A stretch of DNA of 64,000 nucleotides from contig CAIVJE010000114.1 of NCBI GenBank assembly GCA_903906135.1, positions 78 to 64,077 of the forward strand, written 5' to 3'. The first letter of the stretch is position 1; every line of letters begins with the position of its first letter. The position numbers were made by a program, and so were the translations under genes. Origin of the DNA: an uncultured Verrucomicrobiota bacterium (lineage in GTDB: Bacteria > Verrucomicrobiota > Verrucomicrobiia > Opitutales > Opitutaceae). The notes beneath the pieces were generated by a model that made no database searches, was not told the origin of the DNA, and saw nothing but the letters and a program-made list of their open reading frames with translations. Below are positions 1 to 9,162 of the stretch, piece by piece.

Positions 1-63
1 CATTGTGATTATTTACGACTTGGTCCATGGCGGCATTCGTCAGGGTGAGGTCATTCGGCGAGC

Positions 64-315
64 TTGCCCTCCGAGCTGATTTTTGAAATTTACAGAGAAG
101 TTATGAGTGAGCCGCTTAATAAACCATCCGCCCACGTGCGCGCCCTAGCGGTGACGCCGGTTCAGGCGGCGTTAGTGGCTTACCCCGCGGTCGCAGATAA
201 AGCGTTGCCCGAAATTGGGGTAGGCCCACCCGCGAGTGAGCTCACGCCCGAGGAGCAAATGGCGCGCTTCGCCAAGGAGCTCCAAGAAAATGACTGGGGC
301 CATCAGCCCTGCTAA
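64..315 (+). CDS. hypothetical small protein (the start may instead be ATG at 103)
   Basis: An 83-codon ORF (70 codons from ATG 103) fills the only gap before the convergent ccsA. Third codon positions are GC-rich, like neighbouring genes. I recognise no family. Confidence 0.25.
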   Translation: MPSELIFEIYREVMSEPLNKPSAHVRALAVTPVQAALVAYPAVADKALPEIGVGPPASELTPEEQMARFAKELQENDWGHQPC

Positions 316-328
316 ATTGCCGAGCTGG

Positions 329-2257
329 TTAGCTCGCGGTGGTTTGACTACGGAAGCTGCGCCAAAGATTGAGCGGCAGGGAGGCGAGGCCAATGATGAC
401 GAGTTGACTGCTGACGAAGGCAACGAGCCAGACAAAGGCGGAGTCCATGAAGCCGTAGGAATGGAGACCGACGCCGAGCATGTTGACGCCGAACCAGCTC
501 CAGCTCGTGACGATGTTGCCAAAAATGGCGAGGGACATCAGTCCGCGCTGTTTCACGAGACCGCCCCAGCGACAGTGCAGAATTACGGCATTCCAAAGTA
601 CAATGATGAGGGCGCCATTTTCTTTGGGATCCCAGCCCCAGAAGCGGCCCCATGATTGGTCGGCCCAGATGCCACCGAGCACCGTGCCGATGAGGCTGAA
701 AAGCGTGGCGAAGCAGACGATACCATAGACCATACGGGTGAGGGCCTCAGCGGTTACGGTATCTAGGGACTTAGTAAACAAGCCGCGCACGACATAAATA
801 ATCGCGAGGAAACCAGCGAGAAAAGTGGCGGCGTAGCCAGCGGTCACGACCACAACGTGCGTCGCGAGCCAGAAGTTAGAATCGAGCACGGCGCGCATCA
901 TTTCGAGGGTATCCCCAGTGAGGGAGAGATGGTGAGCAATCAGCAGGGTGGCGAAACCGATCATGCCCGCAGCCACGGAGCCGATGGCATTGCGGTAGAT
1001 TTTTTCTAAAATTAGGCACAGGCCGACTGAACCCCAGCCCACAAAGAGGGCCGAAGAGTAAAGATTGGTCACGGGCGGTCGGCCCTCGAGCCACATCCGG
1101 GTCAGGATGCCCGCGGTAGTCAAAGTGAAGGCAATGAGTACGAGATAATATGCGCTGCGGCCCAAAGCCTCGGGCCATTTGAGCCAAGAGAAAATGGCGA
1201 GGAGGAAGGCGTAGGCGTAAAGCGTCATCGAGCTATAGAAAGGTTCGGCCGCATTGAAGCGCGTCTCGAGGTCGCTTTTTTCTAAGGGAGTCGTGAAGCG
1301 CTTGGTTAATTGAGTGCGGTAGAGCTGCACGATTTCATTGAACTGTGCGGGCTGGCCGGACCGCCAGGTATGACCGAGTGTGGCGTACGCCATAACCGTG
1401 GGGTTGACGCTGCCGGTGGCAAAAGTTTCGAGCAAAGCTTGGCCGGCGTTGGACCACGCGGTGAGGCTCGGCTCATTATCTGCCGGAGGAATGGCGAGAA
1501 GGTAGGCGAAATTTTCCATGATCTCGTAGCGGCGCGCCATTTCGAGCATGGCCTTGAAGGCCGGTTCATCATGCGCTTCCCCTTTCTGTCGAGCGCGCAC
1601 AGCCGCGACCCCAGCGGGGAGAGCGTTTTGAAAGGTGGTTACTTCCGTGAGGAAGCTAGGACTATCCGGTAATTGTAGGCTGTGCTTGAGGCGTTGATAC
1701 AACACAACCACCTCGCGCAGATGCGCGATCTGTTTTTGAAAAGGGGTGCGGATCGCTGGCTCAACTGATTCCGCGAGCTGCGCCTGGCGTTCGATTTCCG
1801 CGAGCTTGGGCTGGAGCTGATTGAAGGAAAAGCGCGACTTGCTCGATGGAAGAAAGCCGAGGACGGCCATGAATCGTTTGGCACTACTGTCGTACTGAAT
1901 TTTCGTGTCAGCGGCGCTGAGGCCTACAACATCGAGGACTTCGTTTGATTCGATTTTGAAAACGGGATAAGTGTCGGCTTTATTCGGAGCGAATAAAACA
2001 TCCGTTAACCACTCGATGGGTGATTGCACAAAAGCTTGGCTGATCTCCGGTGTGCCGACGCGTTGGCGCCCCTGCATGGCCAAGAGTGAAGTGCGGGCAA
2101 CCGTATCGAGCGGCTTGATGCGCCCATTGACGAGCACAGGGAGGCGGCCGAAACCGGTGAGGTTAAAGGACCCCGCAGGTGGCTCGGGTACGCGCAGGGT
2201 TTTAAAGACAAAAGCCGCGCCCAGAAACAGAACGATAAAGGGGAGATATTTTTTCAT
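329..2257 (-). CDS. ccsA: cytochrome c biogenesis protein CcsA/ResC (System II) with a large N-terminal periplasmic domain
   Basis: 642-aa ORF. The C-terminal polytopic region carries the Trp-rich haem-handling motif WGRFWGWDPKENGAL plus conserved His residues. It lies directly downstream of a ResB-like gene on the same strand. Confidence 0.9.
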   Translation of the reverse strand: MKKYLPFIVLFLGAAFVFKTLRVPEPPAGSFNLTGFGRLPVLVNGRIKPLDTVARTSLLAMQGRQRVGTPEISQAFVQSPIEWLTDVLFAPNKADTYPVFKIESNEVLDVVGLSAADTKIQYDSSAKRFMAVLGFLPSSKSRFSFNQLQPKLAEIERQAQLAESVEPAIRTPFQKQIAHLREVVVLYQRLKHSLQLPDSPSFLTEVTTFQNALPAGVAAVRARQKGEAHDEPAFKAMLEMARRYEIMENFAYLLAIPPADNEPSLTAWSNAGQALLETFATGSVNPTVMAYATLGHTWRSGQPAQFNEIVQLYRTQLTKRFTTPLEKSDLETRFNAAEPFYSSMTLYAYAFLLAIFSWLKWPEALGRSAYYLVLIAFTLTTAGILTRMWLEGRPPVTNLYSSALFVGWGSVGLCLILEKIYRNAIGSVAAGMIGFATLLIAHHLSLTGDTLEMMRAVLDSNFWLATHVVVVTAGYAATFLAGFLAIIYVVRGLFTKSLDTVTAEALTRMVYGIVCFATLFSLIGTVLGGIWADQSWGRFWGWDPKENGALIIVLWNAVILHCRWGGLVKQRGLMSLAIFGNIVTSWSWFGVNMLGVGLHSYGFMDSAFVWLVAFVSSQLVIIGLASLPLNLWRSFRSQTTAS

Positions 2258-2353
2258 GATAATTGCACGGAGGCCGCTAATGAAAGGAAGGTGGGAAGAG
2301 GTGAATTCGTAATTGAACCGTCATGAACACCGGGGGTGTTCGCTGGATTTAAT

Positions 2354-3511
2354 TCAGGTGGCGGCGCGTTTGCGGGAAAAATTGACGAGGTGGATGCCGA
2401 ATTGAAGGAGGAGACCGAGGCCCATCATGAGGCAGGCAATGTAGGGCAGAATCCAGTTGGGGTTGCGCACGACTTGCAGAATCGAAGTGCGATCATTGTT
2501 TTCGAAGCCAGCCTGATAGTAAGTGAGACCCGCGTAGCGCAGAGGATTGTTCATGTAGATGAGCACTTCTCGATCCTCGCTCTGATTGTCTGTGGTGAGC
2601 TGGATGCGGCTCGCAAAGTTTTTGGGAATATCGGTACCGGCATATTTCTCATGCGTGAAATTGAGCAGCTTGACGGTGTGAGTTTGATAATAGCGACGGA
2701 GGCGTAGCGTTATCTCCCAGGTATGGCCTTGATAGACTACCGTCTGCGGTTGGCTGAGCGCGGGTGACGCCAACCAAGTGCCCAGCGAGCCTTCCGTGCC
2801 GGCGAGCTCCACAAAAGTTGCGGGCAGGTTGCCTTCACTTTCTTTGGCGTTTAAGGGGAGGGGAAGCACGGCAATGCTCGGCCCGATTCCTGCGGTCGCC
2901 CGCGCCGCCGGCGTGCCGGGGGCCTGTGCGCGCCGTTGCAAGGAGGCGTTTGGGAAGTAATCTTTGATGGTTACTTTAAACGGCAACTGGGGGTGTTGGA
3001 TCGTGCCAGTTTCGGCCAGCACCGTCTCTGGGATTGCGACGACTTCATTGTACGATGGATTAGTCAGATCGAGCAGGGCCAATTCATATTGCCGATAGCT
3101 TTCTGAGTAATGTTTCGTCTGACCTTCATCGATGCGCATGAGGCTTTCCTCGGCCAGTAACCCCGTTAGCAGCTCGCCCACGAGCAACAAAATCAAACCG
3201 GTATGGGTGAGCTGGATTCCTGATTTTCGCCACTCAAGCTTGAAGCGATAAATATGGGCCGCGAGTAGATTGATTAGGAGCAGACCACCGATCAGGTAAC
3301 CACCCGGAAAGGCGGGGACCGTAATTCCAGTATGCGGAATTTCCTGCATCACGAAAAACGAGTGAAAGTATTTTTGCTGCACGCCCCAAAGACCTAGTTC
3401 AACTTGGGCCAGCGTCGCGGCGAAGACCAAGATGATGGACATGATTAGCAGCACCACCGTCAGGCGGATAGAAACAAAGAAATCGCGAATCTGGCGAACG
3501 AAGTCGGACAT
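2354..3511 (-). CDS. ccsB: cytochrome c biogenesis protein ResB/CcsB
   Basis: 385-aa ORF. It has an N-terminal TM helix (FFVSIRLTVVLLIMSIILVF), further TM helices, a large soluble domain and a C-terminal TM helix, which is ResB-like architecture. It sits 97 nt upstream of ccsA. Confidence 0.85.
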   Translation of the reverse strand: MSDFVRQIRDFFVSIRLTVVLLIMSIILVFAATLAQVELGLWGVQQKYFHSFFVMQEIPHTGITVPAFPGGYLIGGLLLINLLAAHIYRFKLEWRKSGIQLTHTGLILLLVGELLTGLLAEESLMRIDEGQTKHYSESYRQYELALLDLTNPSYNEVVAIPETVLAETGTIQHPQLPFKVTIKDYFPNASLQRRAQAPGTPAARATAGIGPSIAVLPLPLNAKESEGNLPATFVELAGTEGSLGTWLASPALSQPQTVVYQGHTWEITLRLRRYYQTHTVKLLNFTHEKYAGTDIPKNFASRIQLTTDNQSEDREVLIYMNNPLRYAGLTYYQAGFENNDRTSILQVVRNPNWILPYIACLMMGLGLLLQFGIHLVNFSRKRAAT

Positions 3512-3514
3512 GGC

Positions 3515-4177
3515 TTAGCGGGGCTTGATGGTGGAGAGGAAATCGCGAAAGGCTGTTTGTTCGCGGGTGACTAAGGCAGCGGGACCGATGAGTTTGAAAA
3601 ACCAAGTTTGGCCATCATGCGGCACAATTGCTCCCAGCAAAGTGGTGGGAACTCCATTGGCTTGGCCGGTGGCTTCGACGATCGTTATCTTCAGGCCATT
3701 CGCCTCAATGTTTTTGAGGGAAGCTTCAAGTTGGGCGGCCTCAATTGGCCCCAGCCCTACTTGGCCACGCCAGCGGTTGACGTTGGCGAAAAGTCCTCCG
3801 GTGTCGCCGGGGAAGGCCGTGATGGCTAAATCGCCGACCGCTCCGGCCTCACCGGCAACAGCGTAGCTCCCCTTACGCATTGAACCGAGACTTTTAGCGG
3901 TCCAATGAGCCGGGGCAGTCCAAAGCAAAGCCATCCCTTCAGCGGTTGGCACGTTGCCCGTCATCGCGCCCGGTGCGCTGGCTGGAGCTGCTTCGCCCCC
4001 GATGGCAGGATGCCCATCAGGGAGGGTGGCGCCGGGGGCCATCTGGGCGGGGGCCGCCGCGGCCATGACTGGCGCAGGGTCTTTCGGTGCCCGATAGGCC
4101 ATGATTTTTTGATCCCGACAACCAGTGAAAGGAAGAGCCGCAAGGCCCAGCGAAAGGGAAATGAGGTGAAGCTTCAT
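3515..4177 (-). CDS. lipoprotein of unknown function, co-transcribed with resB-ccsA
   Basis: The internal ATG at 4177 gives MKLHLISLSLGLAALPFTGC, a signal peptide plus lipobox, followed by an Ala/Pro-rich linker and a roughly 130-aa globular part. Its stop lies 3 nt before the resB start. The ORF-track start at 4261 would add 28 non-signal residues, so I judged it less likely. Confidence 0.6.
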   Translation of the reverse strand: MKLHLISLSLGLAALPFTGCRDQKIMAYRAPKDPAPVMAAAAPAQMAPGATLPDGHPAIGGEAAPASAPGAMTGNVPTAEGMALLWTAPAHWTAKSLGSMRKGSYAVAGEAGAVGDLAITAFPGDTGGLFANVNRWRGQVGLGPIEAAQLEASLKNIEANGLKITIVEATGQANGVPTTLLGAIVPHDGQTWFFKLIGPAALVTREQTAFRDFLSTIKPR

Positions 4178-4292
4178 GTTATTAGATACGGTTGAATGCG
4201 CTGAACGGGTAAGTGCAACTCGAACTCGATAATCCACCAAGGCCAAGCTAGCAAATGACAAAATATGCGTAGTCGGGTTTTTTTCGTGCCAA

Positions 4293-5024
4293 ATGATGAC
4301 GTTGGATTACTTAACGGGTATGCAAATTACCCCGCTCGGCGATCAGGCCTTGCTGGTCGAATTAGGTCAGACCATTGACGAATCGACACACCGAAAAGTG
4401 CAGTCCGCTTGGCGATCGCTGGCCGCTGAGCCGCTGCCTGGGGTGACGGAGTTGGTGCCCGCTTACACTACGGTTACCGCTTACTATGATCCGGTCCAAG
4501 CAGTGCAAGCGGGCGCGCCAGCAGACCAAATCGTGGATTGGCTGAGCGATCGATTACGGGAGCGACTGAAGCATCCACCGAAGACCGCGAAAACCAAAGG
4601 TTGTACCGTTGAAATTCCGGTCTGTTATGAAGGCGAGTTTGCGCCAGATCTTGGGATCGTGGCTAAACAGGCTAAACTTACTCCTGCGGAGGTTATCAAA
4701 CTGCACACCAAGACGGAGTACTTGGTTTACTTGGTCGGCTTCGCACCCGGTTTTCCGTATCTCGGTGGGTTGCCAAAAATATTGGCGACCCCGCGTCATG
4801 CTAAGCCGCGGATGGTGGTGCCGGCCGGTTCGGTGGGGATTGGCGGTCAGCAAACGGGAATATATCCCTGCGCGACGCCGGGTGGTTGGAATTTAATCGG
4901 GCGCACTCCGCTGGCTTTATTTCGTCCTGCATTTCATCCGCCGACGTTGCTTAGTGCTGGCGATCGGGTGAAGTTTCGCGCCATCACGCGCGAAGAATTT
5001 TTTCGTCTGGAGGCCGGCGCATGA
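4293..5024 (+). CDS. pxpB: 5-oxoprolinase subunit PxpB (KipI / allophanate hydrolase subunit 1 family)
   Basis: 243-aa ORF with a KipI-like sequence (ITPLGDQALLVEL..., GFAPGFPYLGGLP, GQQTGIYP). Its stop overlaps the next gene's start (ATGA at 5021). The start could instead be ATG 4320. Confidence 0.9.
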   Translation: MMTLDYLTGMQITPLGDQALLVELGQTIDESTHRKVQSAWRSLAAEPLPGVTELVPAYTTVTAYYDPVQAVQAGAPADQIVDWLSDRLRERLKHPPKTAKTKGCTVEIPVCYEGEFAPDLGIVAKQAKLTPAEVIKLHTKTEYLVYLVGFAPGFPYLGGLPKILATPRHAKPRMVVPAGSVGIGGQQTGIYPCATPGGWNLIGRTPLALFRPAFHPPTLLSAGDRVKFRAITREEFFRLEAGA

Positions 5025-6010
5025 TCACGGTGCTAAAACCGGGCTTATTGACGACGGTGCAAGATTTGGGCCGGCCCGGCTATCAGCAATATGGGGTGGT
5101 TGTCGGTGGCGCCTTAGATGCCTTGGCCGCGCGCACGGCCAATTTGCTCGTTGGCAATGAGGAAAATGCGGCGGTCTTAGAGATGGCGCAGACTGGCCCC
5201 ACGTTGAGTTTTTCGCGAAGCACATTGGTTGCGTGGTGCGGGGCTGATTTTGATGCGCAAATTAATGGCGAATCTTGTCCGCGTGATCGTCCCGTGCGGG
5301 TGGCTGCGGGTGACATTCTCCGCTTCGGCTTGGCGCGCCATGGCCTCAGGGCTTGGCTGGCAATCGCTGGCGGGATCGATGTGCCGTTGGTAATGGGCAG
5401 TCGCAGCACTTATCGGCGGGCCGGCCTGGGCGGCTTGGCGGGACGAGCTTTACTCGGCGCTGACCAATTGTCCGGTGGACATCCCTCCGAGTGGTCCCAG
5501 CAGGTTTTAGGAAAATTGCTCGCCAGCAACCAACGGGCAACGGCGTGGAGCGTCAGGCCTGATACCATCGGCCGCCCCGCCCGAGTTGGCGTGGTCCGCG
5601 CAATGCGTGGGCCCGAGTGGGATTGGTTTACGGAACCAGCGCAGCAGGCGTTCTTTCAAGCAACCTGGGTGGCCACCAAAGAAGCGGATCGGATGGGCGT
5701 GCGGCTCAAAGGCCCCGGCTTGGCCCTCGCACAACCGCGCGAAATGATTTCTTCCGCGGTCAATGCGGGGGTCGTGCAGGTACCACCAGCGGGCCAACCC
5801 ATTGTCTTGCTGCCGAGTCGGCAATCCGTTGGCGGTTATCCGCGCTTAGCGGCCGTTGCCGCCGTAGATCTGCGTCATTTTACACAACTTCGCCCGGGTG
5901 ATACCATTCGCTTTGAAGAAATTTCCGTCGTGGGCGCGCAAGATTTACTCCTGACGCAAGCCCGCGACCTCACGCGCGTCCGCCTGGGCCTCAGTCGACT
6001 GCTGGCTTAA
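5021..6010 (+). CDS. pxpC: 5-oxoprolinase subunit PxpC (KipA / allophanate hydrolase subunit 2 family)
   Basis: 329-aa ORF. The N-terminus MITVLKPGLLTTVQDLGRPGYQQYGV is typical of the KipA family. It lies between pxpB and pxpA. Confidence 0.9.
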   Translation: MITVLKPGLLTTVQDLGRPGYQQYGVVVGGALDALAARTANLLVGNEENAAVLEMAQTGPTLSFSRSTLVAWCGADFDAQINGESCPRDRPVRVAAGDILRFGLARHGLRAWLAIAGGIDVPLVMGSRSTYRRAGLGGLAGRALLGADQLSGGHPSEWSQQVLGKLLASNQRATAWSVRPDTIGRPARVGVVRAMRGPEWDWFTEPAQQAFFQATWVATKEADRMGVRLKGPGLALAQPREMISSAVNAGVVQVPPAGQPIVLLPSRQSVGGYPRLAAVAAVDLRHFTQLRPGDTIRFEEISVVGAQDLLLTQARDLTRVRLGLSRLLA

Positions 6011-6016
6011 TTCAAC

Positions 6017-6766
6017 GTGCGACGTATTGATTTAAATTGTGATCTCGGGGAAGGTGCGGGTCAGGATGTCGTCCTGATGCCGCTGATTACTTCGGCAAAT
6101 ATTGCATGCGGGGCTCACGCCGGTGACGAAGCGACGATGCGCGCCACCATCGCGCTGGCTCAAAAACAGGGCGTCGCCATCGGGGCACACCCGGGTTTTG
6201 CCGATCGGGTTAATTTTGGCCGACGTGAAATAACGCTGAGCTTAAATGAAATTCACTCTTTGGTACTGACGCAGACGCAGTTGCTCCAAACGCTAGCGGC
6301 GCAAAGTGGCGGCACGGTCCGGCACGTAAAACCACATGGCGCTCTCTATAATTTAGCGGCGCGAGATGGCGCCGTCGCGCAGGCGGTGGCGGCCGCAGTC
6401 TGGGCGGCGGATCCTCGCCTGATTTTAGTGGGGCTGGCGCGGAGTCACCTGATTACGGCTGGGCAAGCCGCGGGTTTGCGGGTTGCCCAGGAAGTTTTTG
6501 CCGATCGAACTTATCAAGTTGATGGGAAGCTCACCCCGCGGAATGCGCCGGGCGCTTTGCACGAAGTCACTCGTGACGCGGTGGCGCAGGTGAAGCAGAT
6601 GGTGAGCGTGGGGACTGTCACGGCCGTCGACGGAACCATGGTGCCGATCACCGCTGATACCATTTGTCTGCACGGCGATGGACCGCATGCCGTGGAATTT
6701 GCGTTGCAGCTCCGCGCCGCTCTGCACGAGATCCCGATTGAGCTGGCAGCGCTCTCGCATGATTAA
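6017..6766 (+). CDS. pxpA: 5-oxoprolinase subunit PxpA (LamB/YcsF family)
   Basis: 249-aa ORF from GTG. It carries the LamB/YcsF hallmarks IDLNCDLGEG and ANIACGAHAGD. Confidence 0.9.
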   Translation: MRRIDLNCDLGEGAGQDVVLMPLITSANIACGAHAGDEATMRATIALAQKQGVAIGAHPGFADRVNFGRREITLSLNEIHSLVLTQTQLLQTLAAQSGGTVRHVKPHGALYNLAARDGAVAQAVAAAVWAADPRLILVGLARSHLITAGQAAGLRVAQEVFADRTYQVDGKLTPRNAPGALHEVTRDAVAQVKQMVSVGTVTAVDGTMVPITADTICLHGDGPHAVEFALQLRAALHEIPIELAALSHD

Positions 6767-7451
6767 ATTAATTGGGATTTTGGTTGTCGCAGTCGGTTTC
6801 GCCTTGCGCGGTAACACGCTGTTGGTGGTGCTGGCCGCCGGCATCAGCACCGGTTTGGCCGCCGGCATGTCCTTTAACGAGATCATGACCTGGTTTGGGA
6901 AATACTTTGTCGAAAATCGTTACGTGACGCTAACCGTTTTGCTCATGCTGCCGGTGGTCGGGTTGCTGGAACGTTATGGTTTGCGCGAACGCGCGGAGAC
7001 GCTGATCCAGCGGGCGAAAGCGGCTACAGCAGGCCGCGTATTATTATTTTATACGGCGGTGCGGCAAATCTCAGTCGCCTTGGGGGTTAATATTGGCGGA
7101 CACGCCGCGATGGTCCGTCCTTTAGTGGCCCCGATGGCGGAAGGCGCGGCGCAGGCGCGGCACGGCATTTTATCGGAAAAAACCACGGAAGCGATTCGGG
7201 CGCACGCGGCGGCGGCAGAAAATACCGGTAATTTTTTTGGGGAAGATACCGTCTTTGCCGTGGGCGCAGTTTATTTGATTAAAGGGGTTCTCGAGGCGCA
7301 AGGGTACCCCGTGAGTGTCTGGGTACTTTCATTTTGGGGAATTCCGACCGCGCTGGTCGCCTTCGGGTTAATGATTTGGCGCACGCGCGTGCTCGATCAG
7401 CGGATTGCTCGGGAAAGTAAGCCGCCCTCAACCACGGAGGCGGAGCGATGA
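6759..7451 (+). CDS. DUF969-family integral membrane protein
   Basis: ATG 6759 (MIKLIGILVVAVGFALRG) overlaps the pxpA stop by 8 nt. The protein is polytopic and hydrophobic and is paired with a DUF979-like gene and pcp, as is typical for this family. The ORF-track start at 6678 lies inside pxpA and was rejected. Confidence 0.7.
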   Translation: MIKLIGILVVAVGFALRGNTLLVVLAAGISTGLAAGMSFNEIMTWFGKYFVENRYVTLTVLLMLPVVGLLERYGLRERAETLIQRAKAATAGRVLLFYTAVRQISVALGVNIGGHAAMVRPLVAPMAEGAAQARHGILSEKTTEAIRAHAAAAENTGNFFGEDTVFAVGAVYLIKGVLEAQGYPVSVWVLSFWGIPTALVAFGLMIWRTRVLDQRIARESKPPSTTEAER

Positions 7452-8410
7452 AATTGTTAAACCTCGAGTTATTTTACATCATCGCCGGGGGATTCTTGCT
7501 GCTGGTGGCGGGGCGCATTGCCTTTGAACCGACGGCAGGGAAACGCGTGGGCTCAGCCTTGTTCTGGGGTTTGTTGGCGGTAATTTTTCTGGCGGGGAAA
7601 GCACTGCCGCCAGTGGTGGTTGGTTATATGGTTTTACTGATGGTGATTTTAGCTGCGACCAAACAACTCACGGGAGCGCGACGCTGGGAGGTGACGGCAG
7701 AGATGCGCGGGGCCGCAGCGGCGAAATTACAGAATTGGATTTTCTTGCCGGCGTTATTGATTCCGGCCACAGCGGTGGTCGGCACGTTATTTTTGAGCAA
7801 GCTGCATGTGGGTGCTTGGTGGTTATTGGACTCCGCAAATCTTACGGTGACCTCCGTGTGCTTGGGGGCGGTCGTGGCGGTCGGGGTGGGGTTGCGTTTG
7901 ACGCGAGCTCCGTTGCTTACGCCGGTGGTGGAGGGGAGTCGCTTAGTTCAAGCGGTGGGCTGGGCGATTATCTTGCCGCAGTTATTGGCCGCGCTCGGCG
8001 GCGTATTTGCGCAAGCCGGCGTTGGTCCCGTGGTGGCAGAATTGGCAGCGCGGGCGCTGCCGACCCAGTATCCGCTGGGCGCGGTGGTGGCTTATTGCGG
8101 CGGCATGGCGCTGTTCACCATCTGCATGGGCAATGCCTTTGCGGCGTTTCCGGTGATCACGCTGGGCATCGGCCTGCCGTTTATTGTGCAGCTGCATCAC
8201 GGCAATCCCGCGATTATGGCAGCGATTGGGATGTTGTCGGGTTATTGTGGCACGCTCCTCACACCCATGGCGGCTAATTTTAATCTCGTGCCGGCCATGC
8301 TGCTCGAGCTGAAAGACAAAAATGCCGTGATTAAAGCGCAAGTCCCCCTCGCGCTCGGAATATTGGCGGCGAACATGATCATTATGTATTTTTGTGTTTA
8401 CCGTTTCTGA
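7448..8410 (+). CDS. DUF979-family integral membrane protein
   Basis: 320-aa polytopic membrane ORF with an ATGA overlap onto the preceding gene. The DUF969-DUF979-pcp arrangement is a recurrent gene neighbourhood. Confidence 0.7.
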   Translation: MKLLNLELFYIIAGGFLLLVAGRIAFEPTAGKRVGSALFWGLLAVIFLAGKALPPVVVGYMVLLMVILAATKQLTGARRWEVTAEMRGAAAAKLQNWIFLPALLIPATAVVGTLFLSKLHVGAWWLLDSANLTVTSVCLGAVVAVGVGLRLTRAPLLTPVVEGSRLVQAVGWAIILPQLLAALGGVFAQAGVGPVVAELAARALPTQYPLGAVVAYCGGMALFTICMGNAFAAFPVITLGIGLPFIVQLHHGNPAIMAAIGMLSGYCGTLLTPMAANFNLVPAMLLELKDKNAVIKAQVPLALGILAANMIIMYFCVYRF

Positions 8411-8464
8411 TTTTTTCCAACCTCCTTTTTTTACCTGCCTCGTGCCGCGTAACCTGCTCTCAGC

Positions 8465-9103
8465 ATGAAAACTATTTTACTCACCGGCTTTGAACCCTTC
8501 GGTGGCGAAACTCTTAATCCGTCGGCGGAAATTGCCCGCCAACTCCATGGCACGATGATTGCGGGGCATGTTGTTGTAAGTGCGCTCCTCCCGTGCGTAT
8601 TTGGCGCGGCGCGGACGGAACTTAAAAAACAAATTCGGACGACTTGCCCCGCATTAATTATTTGCCTCGGCCAAGCGGGTGGGCGCGCCGACATCACGCC
8701 CGAGCGCGTGGCGCTCAATCTCGACGACGCGCGGATTCCGGATAACGCGGGGCAGCAGCCGGTTGATGCGTTGATCAATCGCTCGGGCCCAATCGCTTAT
8801 TGGTCTACGCTGCCAATTAAGGCTATCGTGCAAGCGTTGCTACAACGCGGCTTGCCGGCCAGTGTGTCTCAAACCGCGGGAACCTTTGTCTGTAATCATA
8901 TTTTCTACAGCTTGATGCACGAACTTCGTGGGCAGAAAAAAATCCGTGGTGGCTTTATCCATGTGCCGTGGTTGCCGGAACAAGCGCCCGCCGGTCAGCC
9001 GAGCCTAACGTTGGCGGTGCTAACCTCCGCCATCGCGGTGGCTCTGGAGACCGCGGTCAAAGTTCGCCGCGATGTGCGGCTGCCGGGCGGGGCGACGCAT
9101 TAG
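8465..9103 (+). CDS. pcp: pyroglutamyl-peptidase I (pyrrolidone-carboxylate peptidase)
   Basis: 212-aa ORF. The N-terminus MKTILLTGFEPFGGETLNPS and the active-site Cys context GTFVCNHIFY are characteristic of Pcp. Confidence 0.92.
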   Translation: MKTILLTGFEPFGGETLNPSAEIARQLHGTMIAGHVVVSALLPCVFGAARTELKKQIRTTCPALIICLGQAGGRADITPERVALNLDDARIPDNAGQQPVDALINRSGPIAYWSTLPIKAIVQALLQRGLPASVSQTAGTFVCNHIFYSLMHELRGQKKIRGGFIHVPWLPEQAPAGQPSLTLAVLTSAIAVALETAVKVRRDVRLPGGATH

Positions 9104-9162
9104 GTCTGCTCAGCTGGGTCGCGTGAGCAGTTGGGGAGGTTGCCTCCCAGCCCGAGCGGTCC

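Noticed and set aside
1-79. A possible 3' tail of an upstream plus-strand gene (frame 2: IVIIYDLVHGGIRQGEVIRRACPPS-stop at 77-79). Together with the small ORF at 64/103-315 it might form a toxin-antitoxin-like pair.
   Set aside because: Only 25 codons are visible and I recognise no family. Pairing with the next small ORF is pure speculation.
7735-8277. Long alternative-frame and antisense ORFs inside confirmed genes. Examples are 7735-8277, 14229-14747, 16821-17291, 32760-33284, 43424-43852, 48738-49187, 58505-59074 and 39429-39941.
   Set aside because: They are embedded in strongly recognisable genes and have Arg/Gly/Ala/Pro-rich low-information translations typical of off-frame reading of GC-rich DNA. 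They also lack any recognisable family features.
9104-9162. Two hairpins between the convergent pcp and ychF genes: CTGCTCA...TGAGCAG, and GGGAGG-ttg-CCTCCC.
   Set aside because: The stems are short, one has a 3-nt loop, and no flanking T-tract is present. They may act as bidirectional terminators, but support is weak.
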